Shown: piece by piece, positions 25,026 to 39,687 of the stretch
How the letters are laid out: each line of letters starts with the position of its first letter
Position numbering within the stretch: position 1 is the first letter of the stretch
Assembly: GCA_012295275.1 (NCBI GenBank)
Contig: CM022670.1
Location: 34,596,001-34,660,000, forward strand
Direction of reading: 5' to 3'
DNA from: Chrysomallon squamiferum
Taxonomy: Eukaryota > Animalia > Mollusca
Length of the DNA stretch: 64,000 bases
Made by a program: the position numbers and the translations under genes
The notes under the pieces: generated by a model
Database searches by the model: none
Seen by the model: only the letters and a program-made list of their open reading frames with translations
What the model was told of the DNA's origin: nothing

Positions 25026-27027
25026 TTATTTGTCTGGTTTCTTCACAGTTGGCTTATCTCCCCTGCAGTTCGGACAATACCATTTACCCTTTGGCTTGTA
25101 AGTAAGTCCGACACAGTTAAAATGAAACCATTCGATAACACATTTGTCATTGTCACACCCTATCATTTCTCCATAGGATACTTGATTGCACAAACAGTAC
25201 GTGGGTTCATCAGGATCTATTGGTTGATCAAGAGGAGAATCGTCTCTTTCTTTCTTTACTTTTCGCTTCTTTTTCTTTTTCGGTGCCTTTTCTTTGTCAT
25301 CCTGCAAAAAAAAAAAAAAAAAGGTTTGTACAGTTGTACTGTAATACTAGTTAACAGTGAAATTTAACACAAATTCTCTTCTATTTCTATTTTAATTTGC
25401 TATTAATTACACGTTTTCTAAAATACCACTTTCTGAAGACTTATTTAAAAATTAATTAATTCTGTTCATGTATTTGAATGACATTAAATATTAAATATCA
25501 CACTGAATTTTATCAAATCATCAAAACCCTCAAATAATTATAAAAATAAATAATAATAATAATTTTTTTTTAAATAATAATAATTTCGATTTTATTATAT
25601 TTATTTTTGGGAGAAAGTGTGGCATTAAGGTTATATCCAAATCATAAAACAAAGACCAAATATCTGTTCAATTTGGTTTAAATGTAATTTCTAACATACG
25701 ACAAAAAGATTTTTTAAAATTATTTTATGGGTATTAAAAACTGAATATTATACCTTCACTTCATCTTGTGTGACATCATGATTCTTCTGCCTACGTTGTC
25801 TCTTGGTGCCTGTCTTCTCTACTTTCTCAACTGGTTCAATATGTGTTGGTTGTTTTGATTCTTTCTTTGTTTGTGGTACTTGTATTGTCAGTACTTCTTC
25901 TTTTTCTTGATCTCTTGTTGAACCAGGATCTATTAAAAACATTAAAAAAAATAATTTAAAATAAAATTACAGCCAGCTAAACAAAAAGATAAATATTTAA
26001 AATATAACATAAAACCAACTGTTTTGCATTTATGATCTGCAAATAAATATTCAGTATTAATTTTATGTAACATTTTTCTTTTGCAGTTAAAAAAATGTTT
26101 ATATAACTAATATAAAATTAATGTTTGACAATAAAATAACTGCATTAAATATGATTTGAAAAAAGAAAGAAAAAGCATTTATATTCAGGGTTTTTTCCCC
26201 TTAATCAAATCAACTTATATCACTGTATACTTAATAAACATATGCACTTCCTTTTAAAAATAGATTTTATAAATAAGTACCTAAGTTTTCCCTATCCTGT
26301 TCCAGCTGCCTTGTTCTATTTTCAATGAAGTCAATTATTACAGAAAGAAGAGTTAATTTCTCATCTCCAATTTCCTGACATCGTATGAGAGCTCTCTGAA
26401 TGGCAAAAAATGACTTTTTTTTCATTGGTCCATCTTGTTTGTATAGCTCTTGTTGGTAGTCAATGTCATTCAAAATATCTAAATATATAGTAAAAAATAC
26501 AGTGTTTGAAGTGCAGTTTTTTTAATTTATATAATAATAATAATGCACTATTTTGATATGTAATCAATAAATTATATTTAAAAATTATATTTTTATTATT
26601 TATAACACTACAAATGCCACGTTGAACAGAACTGAATACGAGACAGTACAAATTTACATATTTTATATTTGAATTTTATCTTTATATACAGTTAACATAT
26701 ACTTCAGTGAAACAATAATGGTTAATTAATTTATTATTTAAAACACATATCCATTTATTTATTGTCGGACATTTTGTTACATGGCGCAAATAACGATAAC
26801 ACCCAACATATAAACAAAAGTATATACTGTTCTGATGAACCCGCAAGTTGGCCAGTCAGTTTAAATTCAGCTGAAACTATCTTACCTCTGCACTGGATGT
26901 CTAATTCACGCAGTTGGGATACACTTCTTTGCAGATCATCAGGCAAATTTTCCATGGTTTCTAAATAGTTTTCAAGATAAGTCGCCGAACACAGCGCTTC
27001 CACAGCAGCCTGATTAAGCATATTCAT
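25026..27027 (-). CDS. ING1: Inhibitor of growth protein, ING1/ING2 subfamily (263 aa)
   Basis: Exons 27027-26886, 26478-26281, 25929-25754, 25301-25026 (792 nt, in frame). N-terminal ING domain ([27 protein letters not shown]; [14 protein letters not shown]), basic NLS, PHD finger [53 protein letters not shown]. Confidence 0.95.
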
Positions 27028-27618
27028 GCCGTCCAGGAGTCATTAAAAGAAACTGGCTTAAATAAGTATATGATATAAAATAAAAATGTTTTCTATATAA
27101 AATCTAACATCTGTAAACAATGCCCAAAAGTCATCGATTTCGAAACTCGAGTATGAACTTCCCTCCCCGCTGTTGATAAAAGCCGCACATATAAATGTAC
27201 GATTTGTCTTTGTAAATTAATCGAAACGCAACATTAAAAGCAGTATTTAATCATGCAAAATGAAAATAGTAATCGTACAAAAATCAACATTCACAATGTG
27301 AAATTGACTTGATATAACAAGGACATGTTAAAAGCTGTTTCTAAAATATTATAAGATACAAACCATTTCTTATAATTTTTTCCTTGTTATCTACATAATC
27401 CTCATTTTATATTATCCAAACAACAATTCCGGATGCCTCTAAGAATGTTTATGTGACCCTGACCTTTTAATGGTAAACCTTGGCACGTGTAGTTTCACAA
27501 AGTTCTGAATATGTTCCTTATAGATAATACATTGCGTAATAATTTTGTAATTAAGTCATTTCTGGATTTCTCTCCGAGATTATGAGGCTACGCAACAAAT
27601 GAAATACTATATAACACT
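27028..27618. promoter_or_regulatory. Bidirectional promoter region between ING and CARS2
   Basis: About 600 bp between divergent starts; CpG-retaining; GC-box-like CCCTCCCCGC (27161), ETS-like TTCCGG (27427), TGACCC-TGACCT direct repeat (27454-27465), E-box CACGTG (27484), bZIP-like ATTGCGTAAT (27531). Confidence 0.6.
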
Positions 27619-30600
27619 GTGAGAATTAATAATGTTCCAAAACCAATTTTCCAAATTTTACAGAATCGGAAATGTTTATTGTTTTCAAGTACAGTATACC
27701 TTTTGAAATCTGTTTTAACAAACTGTAAATCAAACTCGAGGACATTTAGGACGACACGCTGGTGTCAGAGCACGTCCACAGAAGAATGGAAGCTACCCAC
27801 CGGCTTCGACACTGGGATAACTGTTTGGAATAGCCTGACAAAATCCAAATGCCCTTTGATTTTGCAACATGAAAAATCCGCTACATGGTATAATAGTAAA
27901 GTCCAAAATATATATTTAAAAATAAATTAATGAAAGAAAATGCTAAAATTTAAATAAGTAATTTGGCTGGAATTTTCAAAAAAATATAGAAATTTTCATA
28001 GTACATATATTTGAAATGATATTTTAAATATTTTAAATTTTATTAGAACAAAATAAAATAAAATAAAATAAAAAACATAAATAAATAAAAATAATTATAA
28101 AAATAATAATAATAATAAAGTTGTTTTTTTTCTTTTTTAAAAAATTATTTATGGAAATAATAAAAAGTTAGATAAAAAATTAATCAAAATAATCAAAAAG
28201 TTTCATACCAGAGTTATTGAATTTAAAGTAACAATTTAGCCTCCTTTATTAATACAGGTACATGTGTGGCCCTACAGTGTATGATTCTGCACATATTGGT
28301 CATGGCAGTTCCTATATGCGATTTGACATCTTGCGTCGAATTTTGTCAGATATTTTTGATATTGACATCACAATTGCTATGAGTTTGACAAACATAGATG
28401 ATAAAATTATCAAAAGATCCAATGAGGTAATTACAGGGGTGTGTGTGTGTGTCTGTCTGTGTGATCTTTTAATTACTATTAGCATGTGAATTTACAACGG
28501 AATGTATGCCTATTTAGTTCTGAAATACATGTATGTGATTTTATAATATTATTGATTGTCAATTAACTAAAAGCAAAAATAGTAAAATTTCTGGAGTTTA
28601 TTCAACAGTTTTAAAATATATTTTATTATTAATATAAATATATAAATAATGTAACATATATGATACAGTACAATGGTTTTATAGACAGTAATATTTGCTT
28701 TTTTAATTATTATTATTTCTTTTTTCTTCCCACTAATAAAGCTTGGTATACCGTTTTCTCACCTGGCTTGGAGTAATGAAATTGAGTTTTTTGAAGATAT
28801 GGGAGCACTTAACATTCTTCCACCAACAGTTAACATGAAAGTCACAGAACATGTTCCACGAATCATTGATTTTATCAGAAAACTGGAGCAAAAACAGTTT
28901 GCATACGCTGTTCCTAGTGGTATATTTAAATAGCCATTCTTGAACAAATATTCAGTAATTGTTTCCTTATTGTTTTATAGATATACATTTATAAAGATTT
29001 TTATTTATAATGACATTATATGTTGTCCATATAATACACAGACATGTTGAAAAATGAATGGGTTACAGTTAGGAATTTAGATTTTGCCTAAATAATTGTA
29101 TAACATTCAGTTAAGTAAAATTTAAAGGATACCATTGTCCTTATTTTCATTTCTTGTTTCCTGTTCACATCAGTAGCCCGTAATAGTTTGCTAAAGGCCA
29201 TGATGTTTTTCAGGAAGGTCTGTGTGATTGATGGCCTAGAACAAAAGTTTCTTCTGAAAATTTCTGTGTAAAAAAAATATAAAATCTTTGATATCCAATA
29301 AACACTCATGGAAGATTAATTAATATATTCTTATGATATTGTTAAGGTAACTTGGTTGGAATTTGAAGCATAATTTTGCTACATTTTTCTGTTTTCTCTG
29401 GTATATAATTTTGTAAAACTATTTTCTCCATGGTATATAATTTTTTGAACTAATTAATTAAAATTAAATTTTTTAACTAAATTTTTTTTTTGTTATTATT
29501 ATTTTTTAAAATTTTATTATTTAGGATTATTTATTTATTTTCTTTGATAATTTTTAATTAAAATAAATCCATTTTACATTTAGGAAGTGTTTTCTTTGAT
29601 GTTTCAAAATATCCACACTATGGACAGTTGTACCCTCAAGCTACACAAACGGAGGCTTGGGATTCAGGTAGGTGATGATTCAGAGCATGTATTTACATTA
29701 TTCACATTTCCATTCTGATAAAGTGTGTTTAAGGTGAAAATACAGTATACAAGCTATTATGTAGTTGTTGGTTACACATCTATAAACCTGTCAACAACTT
29801 TAAAATATACGTAATGTGTATAATTCAGTCAAGAACTAAGCATATGCATAAGCATATATATTAAGTTCAAAGTGAAATATAAGCATTATTTTCAGAATAA
29901 AAAGTGTTTTGAAAATGTTTCATAGGCTTATATGTATGTATGTATGTATTTTAAAAGTCATTTAAACTTTTATTTGTGTGTAGATGACCCAGATAAAAGA
30001 CATCCTCGTGATTTTGCACTGTGGAAAGCAGCAAAGGAAGGAGAGCCACACTGGCCAGCACCCTGGGGAAATGGGCGTCCAGGCTGGCACATTGAGTGTT
30101 CTGCAATGGCCAGGTTTACTTAACTGTATAAAATATACATTTTAATAAACATGCAAATTATCTGCTGGGTGATGCAGATAATCCAAGAATTCTGTTGTAC
30201 AATTTAATAAATCTAAAAGACTCTGTAAAAAAACCAAGTAGATTTATGAATCTAACTTCCAGTAATTAGTTAAAGATTATATAAATAAATAAATAAATAA
30301 ATAAATAAAGATATATATATAGAGATAGATATACATACATACATACATATATATCTTTAAAATTATTATTATTATTATTATTATTATTGTTGGAAGTCAC
30401 TGTTCTAAATGAATGCCAAATTACATTTTATTTTAAAATTTCAATGAAAATTTATAAAACTGGTATTAAATGACAAAAGATATGTCGTTTCAGTTCTGTG
30501 TTTGATAGCAAAATGGACATTCATTCTGGAGGAGAAGATCTGTTATTTCCACATCATGAGAATGAACTTGCTCAATCACAAGCATATCACAACTGTAGCC

Positions 30601-33600
30601 AATGGTCAAACTACTGGATACACTCAGGTTTGTGATGGATCACTGTTAAAAAGACATACAAATGCAGGGATATGACATACAAGTTTGATGCAAGTATTTG
30701 CAAGCACCAGAAAGGCAGTTAAAAATAGTGGAAATTCTTCTGCACATAATTTATGGTAGATTATTTAGAAAAACTGTAGAAATTGATACTCTGTCTCCAA
30801 ACTGTTTATTTATCTAGTAAATAACACAGGATTGTTTCTGTGGTCTGGTGTGATACTCAGAATGCAAGCAGCCTGCAAGTTATAGATTCACTCTAATGCC
30901 AGATGATGATAGCTGACAGTTTGTTTCATGAGGGACTAGATAGATGAACTGAAGAGTAGTTGCCTTTCCAAGCAGAGTTGTTTAATAGAGCTTTAATTTT
31001 CTTCACTGTTCAGATCATGTGGGTTGCTATAGTAACTGTCTGAGTTCAGATTACAAACAATATTTGCAAAAGAAACATTACTGAAAAGTTTATAAACTTA
31101 ATTTATTTTTCTTTAGGTCATCTCTTCCTTAAAGGGGATCCAGACAAAATGTCAAAATCACTGAAGAATGTCATCACAATATCAGATTTCCTACAGTCTT
31201 ATACTGCAGACCAGTTTCGACTTTTCTGTTTGCTCACTCACTATAAAAGCAGTAAGTAAATGTCTACTTATAATTGTTTGCTATTAAATGAATCGTGTTT
31301 AAAAATGAGACAACTGGAGGGATTATTAACATATTTATTAATAAAACAATGATTTAAGCCTTAATGATAATGAAAACAGTAAAATAGAAACCAAGTGGAG
31401 TGAAGATATCTAAAAAGTGGAAATGTGAAGAGATGAAAACAAGCATTTAATTGTCCAGATTATGTTTTTTGAAAATTATTATTTATGTTTCTGTTTCCAC
31501 CTCATCCTACTGTATTGGAGAGATAAGAAATTGAATAATTTTCATAAAATGCACATTTGTCTTCATCATTTCCATTTTTTATCAGCCAGTGTTTCTTTAA
31601 TGTAATGGAATTATTTACATCTTGATATTTATATCTACAATTTTTATTTAGGTATACTGATGGAATCTGTTAAAAATAAGATTTATTTATATTATGAATT
31701 GTGTAGATTTATCATTCTGGATTTAAACATTTCTTTATTGTATGTTTTAGGAATTGAATACAGTGAAGAATCCATGCACAAAGCAATCAGTTTAAATAAG
31801 CAGATTCTTAACTGTCTTAGTCAGTGTGAATCGTATGTTCGAGGTCAGCTTTTGTGTCAGCCTCTTAATGAAACAAAATTGAGGTCAATGTTAGTATCCT
31901 TTTCAAGATATTGTCTTAGAATTGTTATTTTTCTCGTTATTTCTTTTATTTAAATGAATGTTCCAATATATTATTGTAATTGTTGTTATTTTTATCACAA
32001 AATACTGTTCATGCCAAATTATCAGTACTGTTTATTACTATTAGAGTTAATGTTACTATTACCAAAAGTATTAAAAAATATTTTTTGTTATGGTGATTAT
32101 CACAGTTTGATTCCCTTAATTTATCTAATTTATTAGAATGACAGTAAAAAATAACAAACATAATATTACTTTAATTAAAATTTTCCATATTTTTTTTGAG
32201 ATAATTTTTTCTAATTATTTATTTGTATTTTCTAAACTACAAGATGTTCTGAAAAGTCAGATGAATTTTTGTAATTTCTCTGTTTTGTTGTAGACTGGAA
32301 AAAACAAGAGAAACTGTAGACAAAGCTCTGAGAGATGATTTTAACACACCTGTGGCAATGGAAGCACTTATGGATCTGATCAAACAGATTAATATTAAAC
32401 TGGGGAAGAAAACAGAGGTTTTTTTATTTCTATTTGCATAACATTCATTTTAATGTAACAAAGATACATTTTTAATAAGGAGTGCAGTTGAAATTAATAA
32501 TATATAAAATAGCCATTAAGAAATTCAGTATACTTTTTGATAGTAAAAAGTTTATGTTTGATAATGGTTTAGTTTATCATTGCAGACGTCACTTGGAGCC
32601 AGAAGTCCAGTGATTGTGTCACAGTGTTGCGCCTATCTCCAGAGAGTGCTTCAGCAGTTTGGCATGCTTCTGAGACCTCAGGTTTCAATCTACTATTAGT
32701 TGTTATAATAGTATTTTATATATATCTGTATCTATATTTGTATGTATGTATGTATGTCTGTATGTCTGTCTGTACACACACACATAAACAAACACACACA
32801 AACATTCACAAACAAATGTGTATGTAGGTATACAAAGAAAATTCTCACTTATTTCTTCTTACAAAAAACAGTGATTGACAAGGCCACATGAAAAATAGGC
32901 TTATATTTTGAAATTTATTTTTGTTTATAAAGCAGATATTTTTATTACTGTATCATTTTATTTTTTCTTAAACATTATGTTTTCTTTCTGTAACTAAATA
33001 TTTTCTATTTTCAGTAATATATATTATTTTTTATTTTATTAAATTTTTATGGTTTATGTTTTCCTATTATAAACATTACAGTGGTGGCAACAGTTAATTT
33101 TAGATACATTTTCATAACTTACAGGTAGTTCCTGAAATACTACCTGATCAGCGACTTGAATCTGTTGTTGACAGTGCAGTTAAATTTCGTTCCAAAATAA
33201 GATCAGTAGCAATTGATGCACCAAGTATGGTTGAAGGTATGTTATCTAAATGGCATGGGCATGTAATACACATAATTGTATTTATTTAATATGTGGTTGC
33301 TTTTTCCATGATAAAATATTTCTGAAATGCTTTTGAGACCTCATGTTTAAATGTTTTAAACATCTGCACATGTATACAAAGTTGTAGTTATGTTTTTAAA
33401 ACATACTATCTGTTGTGTTAAATTTATTTTGAGTAATGGAGCAGTAATAAATAAATCAAAAATAATTTTAATTTGTTAAATTGCTTTAAACACAATTATT
33501 ATTTTAAATTGGGAAATAACCTTATAATTTTGTCAATCCCTTTAACAGATCCTGAATTTATGTCTAAGTGTTTCATAAAGAAAGATAACAAGCTTACCTT

Positions 33601-33622
33601 CTCATTATCTTTATTGCCCTTA

Positions 33623-33657
<35 letters not shown>

Positions 33658-34474
33658 CAATATTACTGTCAATTAAAAACGTGTGTGTCCTTAAGTAAAA
33701 TTATTTCTTTGTTTCAAGTTGATATGTAGTTATTATTTTTGACAGAATCTGGAGAGAGCACAGCAAAAGCAATGAGTAAAACATTACTAGAAGCATGTGA
33801 TGAATTCAGAGATGAGATGAAGACTTTCAATGTTCAGATACTGGTCAGTTTTGAAAAATAATACGACATACAAATACGTAATTTTGTTTGTTTTACATTA
33901 CAAACAGAAATAAATGGACCAATAATATGACAGATAGGTTCATAAAATAATACGCTGATGAAATCATTTGTCTGTTACATTCATTGTTCCCTTACCCCCC
34001 CAGGGACAGCCTGAAAAGCATTTTGCCAATATCTTCAGTTATGGATCTTTATATACATATAATTTGTTAATGTTAAAATGAAGATAAAAATCATCAAGGA
34101 TAGTTTATTAATTCCTATCCTTTTTCATTAAATGTTATTTACTTTTTTTCCTTCAAAGTAACTTTTAAAATATCATATATCTTAAATCAAAGATTATCAA
34201 AAATCTTCTTGGGAAGAAAATGTATCAATCACTACTTTAAACCAGACATTTGGGTAAATTATTATATTTTCTTAGTGCTATATATAGCTTAAAGAGAGGA
34301 ATAAACATAGACTATCAATTTTTCTTAATGATTTTTTATATATATTTTATATGCAGAATAATATGCAGATCATTCTGAGGGTATGTAATTTAAAGATTTT
34401 TATTTCAGGACCATGGCAAAAATTCTACATGGACACAATCATATGGCTCTAAGGAAGTGAAAATGAAGTCATGA
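27619..34474 (+). CDS. CARS2: Mitochondrial cysteinyl-tRNA synthetase (start codon unresolved)
   Basis: Exons ~27619-27887, 28258-28426, 28742-28919, 29584-29667, 29984-30113, 30494-30627, 31117-31251, 31751-31889, 32294-32417, 32586-32681, 33125-33236, 33746-33843, 34409-34474. Motifs [73 protein letters not shown]; CARS2-type N-terminus W..PTG..TG..V.NSLT..K.PL preceded by a presequence-like segment. Confidence 0.95.
31023..31036. promoter_or_regulatory. RFX X-box-like palindrome in a CARS2 intron
   Basis: GTTGCTATAGTAAC matches GTTNCYATRGNAAC. Confidence 0.4.
33627..33654. repeat. (TA)n microsatellite
   Basis: Direct reading. Confidence 0.9.
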
Positions 34475-37400
34475 TGACCTCTGGATTAAGGATTGTGATA
34501 GAATATTTTTAAAAACATATATAATAACTTTTTCATTTAATGTAATAAAATAAATATCACTCCTTTATCATATAACAGATAAAAACTGTTCACTCACAAT
34601 CGGTTTCAAAATGCCGAAGTAATCAAAGCAGCATTTCCATTGCATCTAATTTGTATCGATTAACATAAATCAGATTATTAATTAACAATGTTTACTCTTC
34701 ATTAATTCTGATGTACTTGTTAGTCTATTGATTGTGTATATAATCATAAGAAAACAATTCCATTGATTATTTTGTTTCATCTGTGTAGATTTTCTTCCTA
34801 AAAAATAATATTTTTATTGAATGCCTTTTATATTATCAAAGATTGCAAATTTTGAATAGATGTTTTTTTTTAAATTACCATACTAATAATAATAATCAAA
34901 AATGTTGCTGCAGTTACATGAAGCTTTTGAAACTCTAATATCTTGAGTTAATAAAACTTAGGTCTAGAGTTGGTGCACCATTGGGTATTTATTGTTCAGC
35001 TTTAAGTATATATTTTAATATATGGCTATTACATTATTGTTGTTCTCTTGCTTTTAGGCTTACAGCTTAGGTTCATGTACCACAATAGCAGTTATTTAAT
35101 TTTATGTGACCACATTTTTCATGTTGATTTATGAAGTTTGCTTTAATTTTTACATATTGCCAAAAGAAAAACAGAAAATATTCTTCACAAGTTTTACAGC
35201 ATGTGAAATATTTTATTTTTATTATTATTTTGGAAATCTTGTTTCATGACATCAACAACCAGTCCATTAAATATAAAGAAGTCCTTTTTTCTGTATTTAT
35301 GCAATACAGTTGTTGTCATGTACTGATGTGTATATAATGGCAGGAAACAATGTATATTCAATAATTTTTATTTTAATTGAATGAACACGACATGCAAAAC
35401 TGAATGTTAAATTTTATTTGTGTTAGTTTTTGTAAACTAAATGTTGTATATTCACCTAACTCATGGCGTAAAAGAGAGAGAGAGAGAGAGAAAACAAACT
35501 TTTTCAATGAAATTAATTTAATATGTTTACAATTGTACTATTCAGGAAACAAACGCAAATAAAACATGATCTGGTCATTACTGTTATATTTATTTTATTA
35601 ACAAGTAATTTAACACACTTACATGTACTACATACCACTCTAAACAGTGTTGAATGAGACACACACTGAATAACCTATGATTAGTTAACACTACTTTTAA
35701 AACTCATGATTCCTTCAAAAACAAATAATACGATGACTGTACACAAATGTACATTATGCCTAAGTATATGGTATACTAACCAGAGGTAGTTTATGGATAA
35801 CATTCCTCACCATAACATAAGAGAAAAACAAATATCTTATGATGATAATAAAATAAAAAAATTAAGCATTTACTTTAAAAAATGTAAATAAATTACACCC
35901 CCCCACCCCATAAAAAACAACATATATGTATATATATTTATATAAAAACTAATAAACAAAAACAGTAAATCAAATTTTACCCTTTTTGGAGTAGTTTGCC
36001 ATGAAAAGATTATACAGAACTGAAACTTGCAAACTTATCAGAAAGGTTCCTGGACAAACAAGATAATAAGACAAGCCACCTTCCACACTTTTTTCTTCTT
36101 TTCTTTTTCTTTTTTTAAGTTTACCTAATCATTTATATGAAAAAATTGGTAACAACAGTTTATAATATTAATTTTTACAAAATATTTAACATAAATTATT
36201 TTATTTTTTTGAAATTATTTTCTAGGTATAAATAACTAATACTAATTTATATTTATCATTATTTCTATTATTATTTAAAATAATAATTAATTATTAATAA
36301 AAATGAAATACCCATATGATACTACTTTAGTTTGTTATAACTTCATTATTTTTCCATTATTAAGTTACAAATTTTAAACTTTAAAATGATCATAAATATA
36401 ATACAAGTTAAATGAAGAACATCATTGTAATTGTATTTTTCTTTTATTAAAAAAAAAGAAAGAAGATAAAGATTAGCCACAGCAGAATGTATCACCAGTA
36501 TTTTTCACTAATGGAGGGTCACTGTCACATAACAAGTTTTACACAATACTAGTTACACATTTTAAAATAATTAAAAATATATTACAAGTTACTGGTGCAT
36601 AAATTTTTATATACAAAGCTTATAATTAATCACTTCAATAAGCTATTTATTTATTTATTTAATTAATTTCTATTTTGATGTTTTGAGCAACAGTGCACAT
36701 TTAAAGCCCTAACCATGTGATAATTAACAAATATATGCCTTCTGATCAAAGAAACCAAAGGAATATTTGTTTTGTATGGTATTTGCTTGCTCAGATTTTT
36801 AGCATTTTGACTGATGTAAGCTTTAAAAATAAGGCACAAAATACTACACCTCTTGGGAGTTATTTACGTAACAAGTGTTGAGCAGTTTCAGCACCTTATT
36901 AACAACACTAACATGTGTGCACATGTGCCATGCTTTATTTACTATGTATGTTTAATGTTAATATTTTGGTTTAATGATTTCTCCTGTTTTTGTTTTTTTT
37001 AATATTTTGTCTTTATCTTATGAAGTGATTTTCAGTAAAAATGACAGAAAACGGTGAGATTAACAGCTCTAAATTTTAATTGTGCAATATCCTATGTATA
37101 TAAATAAGAACATTTATAAAATTGTGATTAATTAGTGTTTTAAGATATATTTTACAATAATATTTAATTTCAATAGAAAACGGTGTAAAACGTTCTTTCA
37201 CTAAGCACAATTACGAGGATGCAAGTCCCTTGTTTTTTGTTACAATACAAACATATTTGCACCAAATTCTAATAAAACCTGGATCATTTATATTAATATT
37301 TCTTTGTTTTAAAATAGCATTGGCTTTTGTAATTACTGATGCAAGTACTGATTTCATTATACAATTAAAAAAAGGCCATAATAACATATGCATTGTACTA

Positions 37401-38602
37401 AGCTTTTATGCATACCAGTGTTAAATAGAGATAAACATGAAATCCACTTGATTATATTTACTTCTGTCATGAATCATGTTTTACAAAATTTTTAAAAAAA
37501 ATACTGGCACTTGTATCGAAATACATTATCACTCAAAGCATTAAGAATTAGAAATATAACTTATTTACATGTAACAAAACACTTTTAGTTATCACAGCAG
37601 AATAAAATACGTAAGATTAAAAACACAGCATACAAAATTACATATATATAGTTTCATTATGATAATGCATGGTTTCAAATTTCTGTATAAAAATACAGTT
37701 ATAAAATTTTAAAGAACTGTGAGCATTAACAAAATAACCTAAAACTACAAAAAGAATAATTTAAATCTGATGCCCTGATTAATAATGACAATAAAATGTT
37801 ATGTGAGATCCAAGAAGTAAATAGTTTAACTTTTTTATTTTTATAATGCAACATTACTAAAATGTGATAACAGATGTACAACATTAATCAAAGAAGATGT
37901 TTGATTTAATGTGCGGTTAACAATACAAAGGTTCATTTTAAACATTTAAACAATTTAATGGAGATAATGGGATTACATTTACAAATTACTTAAGGCCACA
38001 TATGAAAAAGTGATCAAGACTGACATAGCAAAATCAACTTCATTTATTAGGTGTAATGGGGAAAATGCAAACATTACATAAAACTAGTAATCAAATTCTT
38101 TGTAATACATCTCATAATTTTGTATCATGATTTCATTTACAATGTAAATGTAGTTTTTTTTCTTTCTTTCTATTCTTTTTTTTTGTTTGTGAATTTTAAG
38201 GATAAGTATGTACATGTTAAACATGGACGCTAATATGTTACCTGTCACTGATTAGAATTTTCTTTTAAAATCACTCAGCATAAACTGTATATATAAATAT
38301 ATATTTAATTTTAAATAGTAACACATTATGACAGATCTCAACTAGAAAATAAATATATGTAATTTTATTTCAAGTAAACAATAATCAGAAGAAGATTCCA
38401 CATTTTTTTTTTCATTTTTATTTAAAATGAATGTAATGTAACATTTTGTAGGAAAACCCAAGGACGGATTCAGTATTTGAGAAAAAAGGATTGCAACCAT
38501 TTGATGAATATCTTTCCTGATGAAATGAGTTTCAAAATGAAATACATACACAACATTTGGCAATGGGTGCAAACCCTACGAATATTAGAAAAATAATAAT
38601 GT

Positions 38603-38953
38603 TCACCATCTGTCACACCACTGAGGTCGGGGATCAATCAGAGCTTTTCTCTTTGTACTTGATGACGTAGACCGACGCGATGCTGTTGTTGAAGCACTGT
38701 GCACACTGGACATACTTCTGGATCTTGTACTTAAACCACCAGAGCCCTGGTATCCATGGGGAGCTCTTTTTTTGTGCTGGGTGGCAGCCAGTGGAACCCC
38801 ATAAAGAGTCGTCCTCTCAAATTCCTTGATCTGGTCACCCCTTGACATTCCTTTAGTGGGGGTTACTTTCTGTAACCTTCGAAGGAGTGCCTGAAAAAGA
38901 TTTATTTAATTTATTTAAATATGACCTTTGATATAAATAAATCAATAAGTAAA

Positions 38954-39017
<64 letters not shown>

Positions 39018-39648
39018 CACAGTAATTTACCATTATACTGAAAAAAGAGATGAAAATTAATTTAAACTAAATACACTACTGCTACTTCTACTACTATAGT
39101 TGATCCTGCTGAAATTAATTTTATTATCAATAATAATCATAATAATAATGGCCAAGAGCAAGTTTTGATATGAAAACACTTTTAAATATTACAAAAAGAA
39201 GCCCATTTTATCCAGATTTCTGTCATCCAGAAATCCCCCATTAGGACAGCTATATAACAATATCATATTTTTTTTTTTTCTTTAATAATACCATGTGCAT
39301 TACCAAACAGTTATGTAATAAAAAGTGTAGCCAAGCAAACCAACATTATTCACTTGTGCAGAAATACATTTATCTGATCAGTTTTTGAAAACAGATTCCA
39401 CTGCGGCAAGGTACATATCTGTATAGTAACAGTAATAAACAGAACAAGGTCTTTGAAATAATATTCTAAGAAGTCCATAATTAAGTTCATTTAGATATTG
39501 TAACAACATAAAAGAGTCAATGAATGTTTATGCATCACTAGTTCTGATGTCATGGTTGCACTTGACTTCTTTTTTTGTAATGTGTTATCAGGACATGTAT
39601 CAACAGGTATAGGTACTTGCACCTCTATGTTATATACTGGTGTGTGTT

Positions 39649-39687
<39 letters not shown>

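Noticed and set aside
24831-25367. 178-aa plus-strand ORF
   Set aside because: Antisense shadow of ING exon 4 extended by A-runs; non-ATG start; no domain.
29197-29237. C/D-snoRNA-like GGCCATGATG...TTGATGGCC
   Set aside because: Only ~40 nt long and both boxes are imperfect.
31894-31903. U12-type donor-like GTATCCTTTT in CARS2
   Set aside because: It is phase 0, but the next exon (32294) needs phase 2; the GTTAGT donor at 31890 fits both phase and homologue length.
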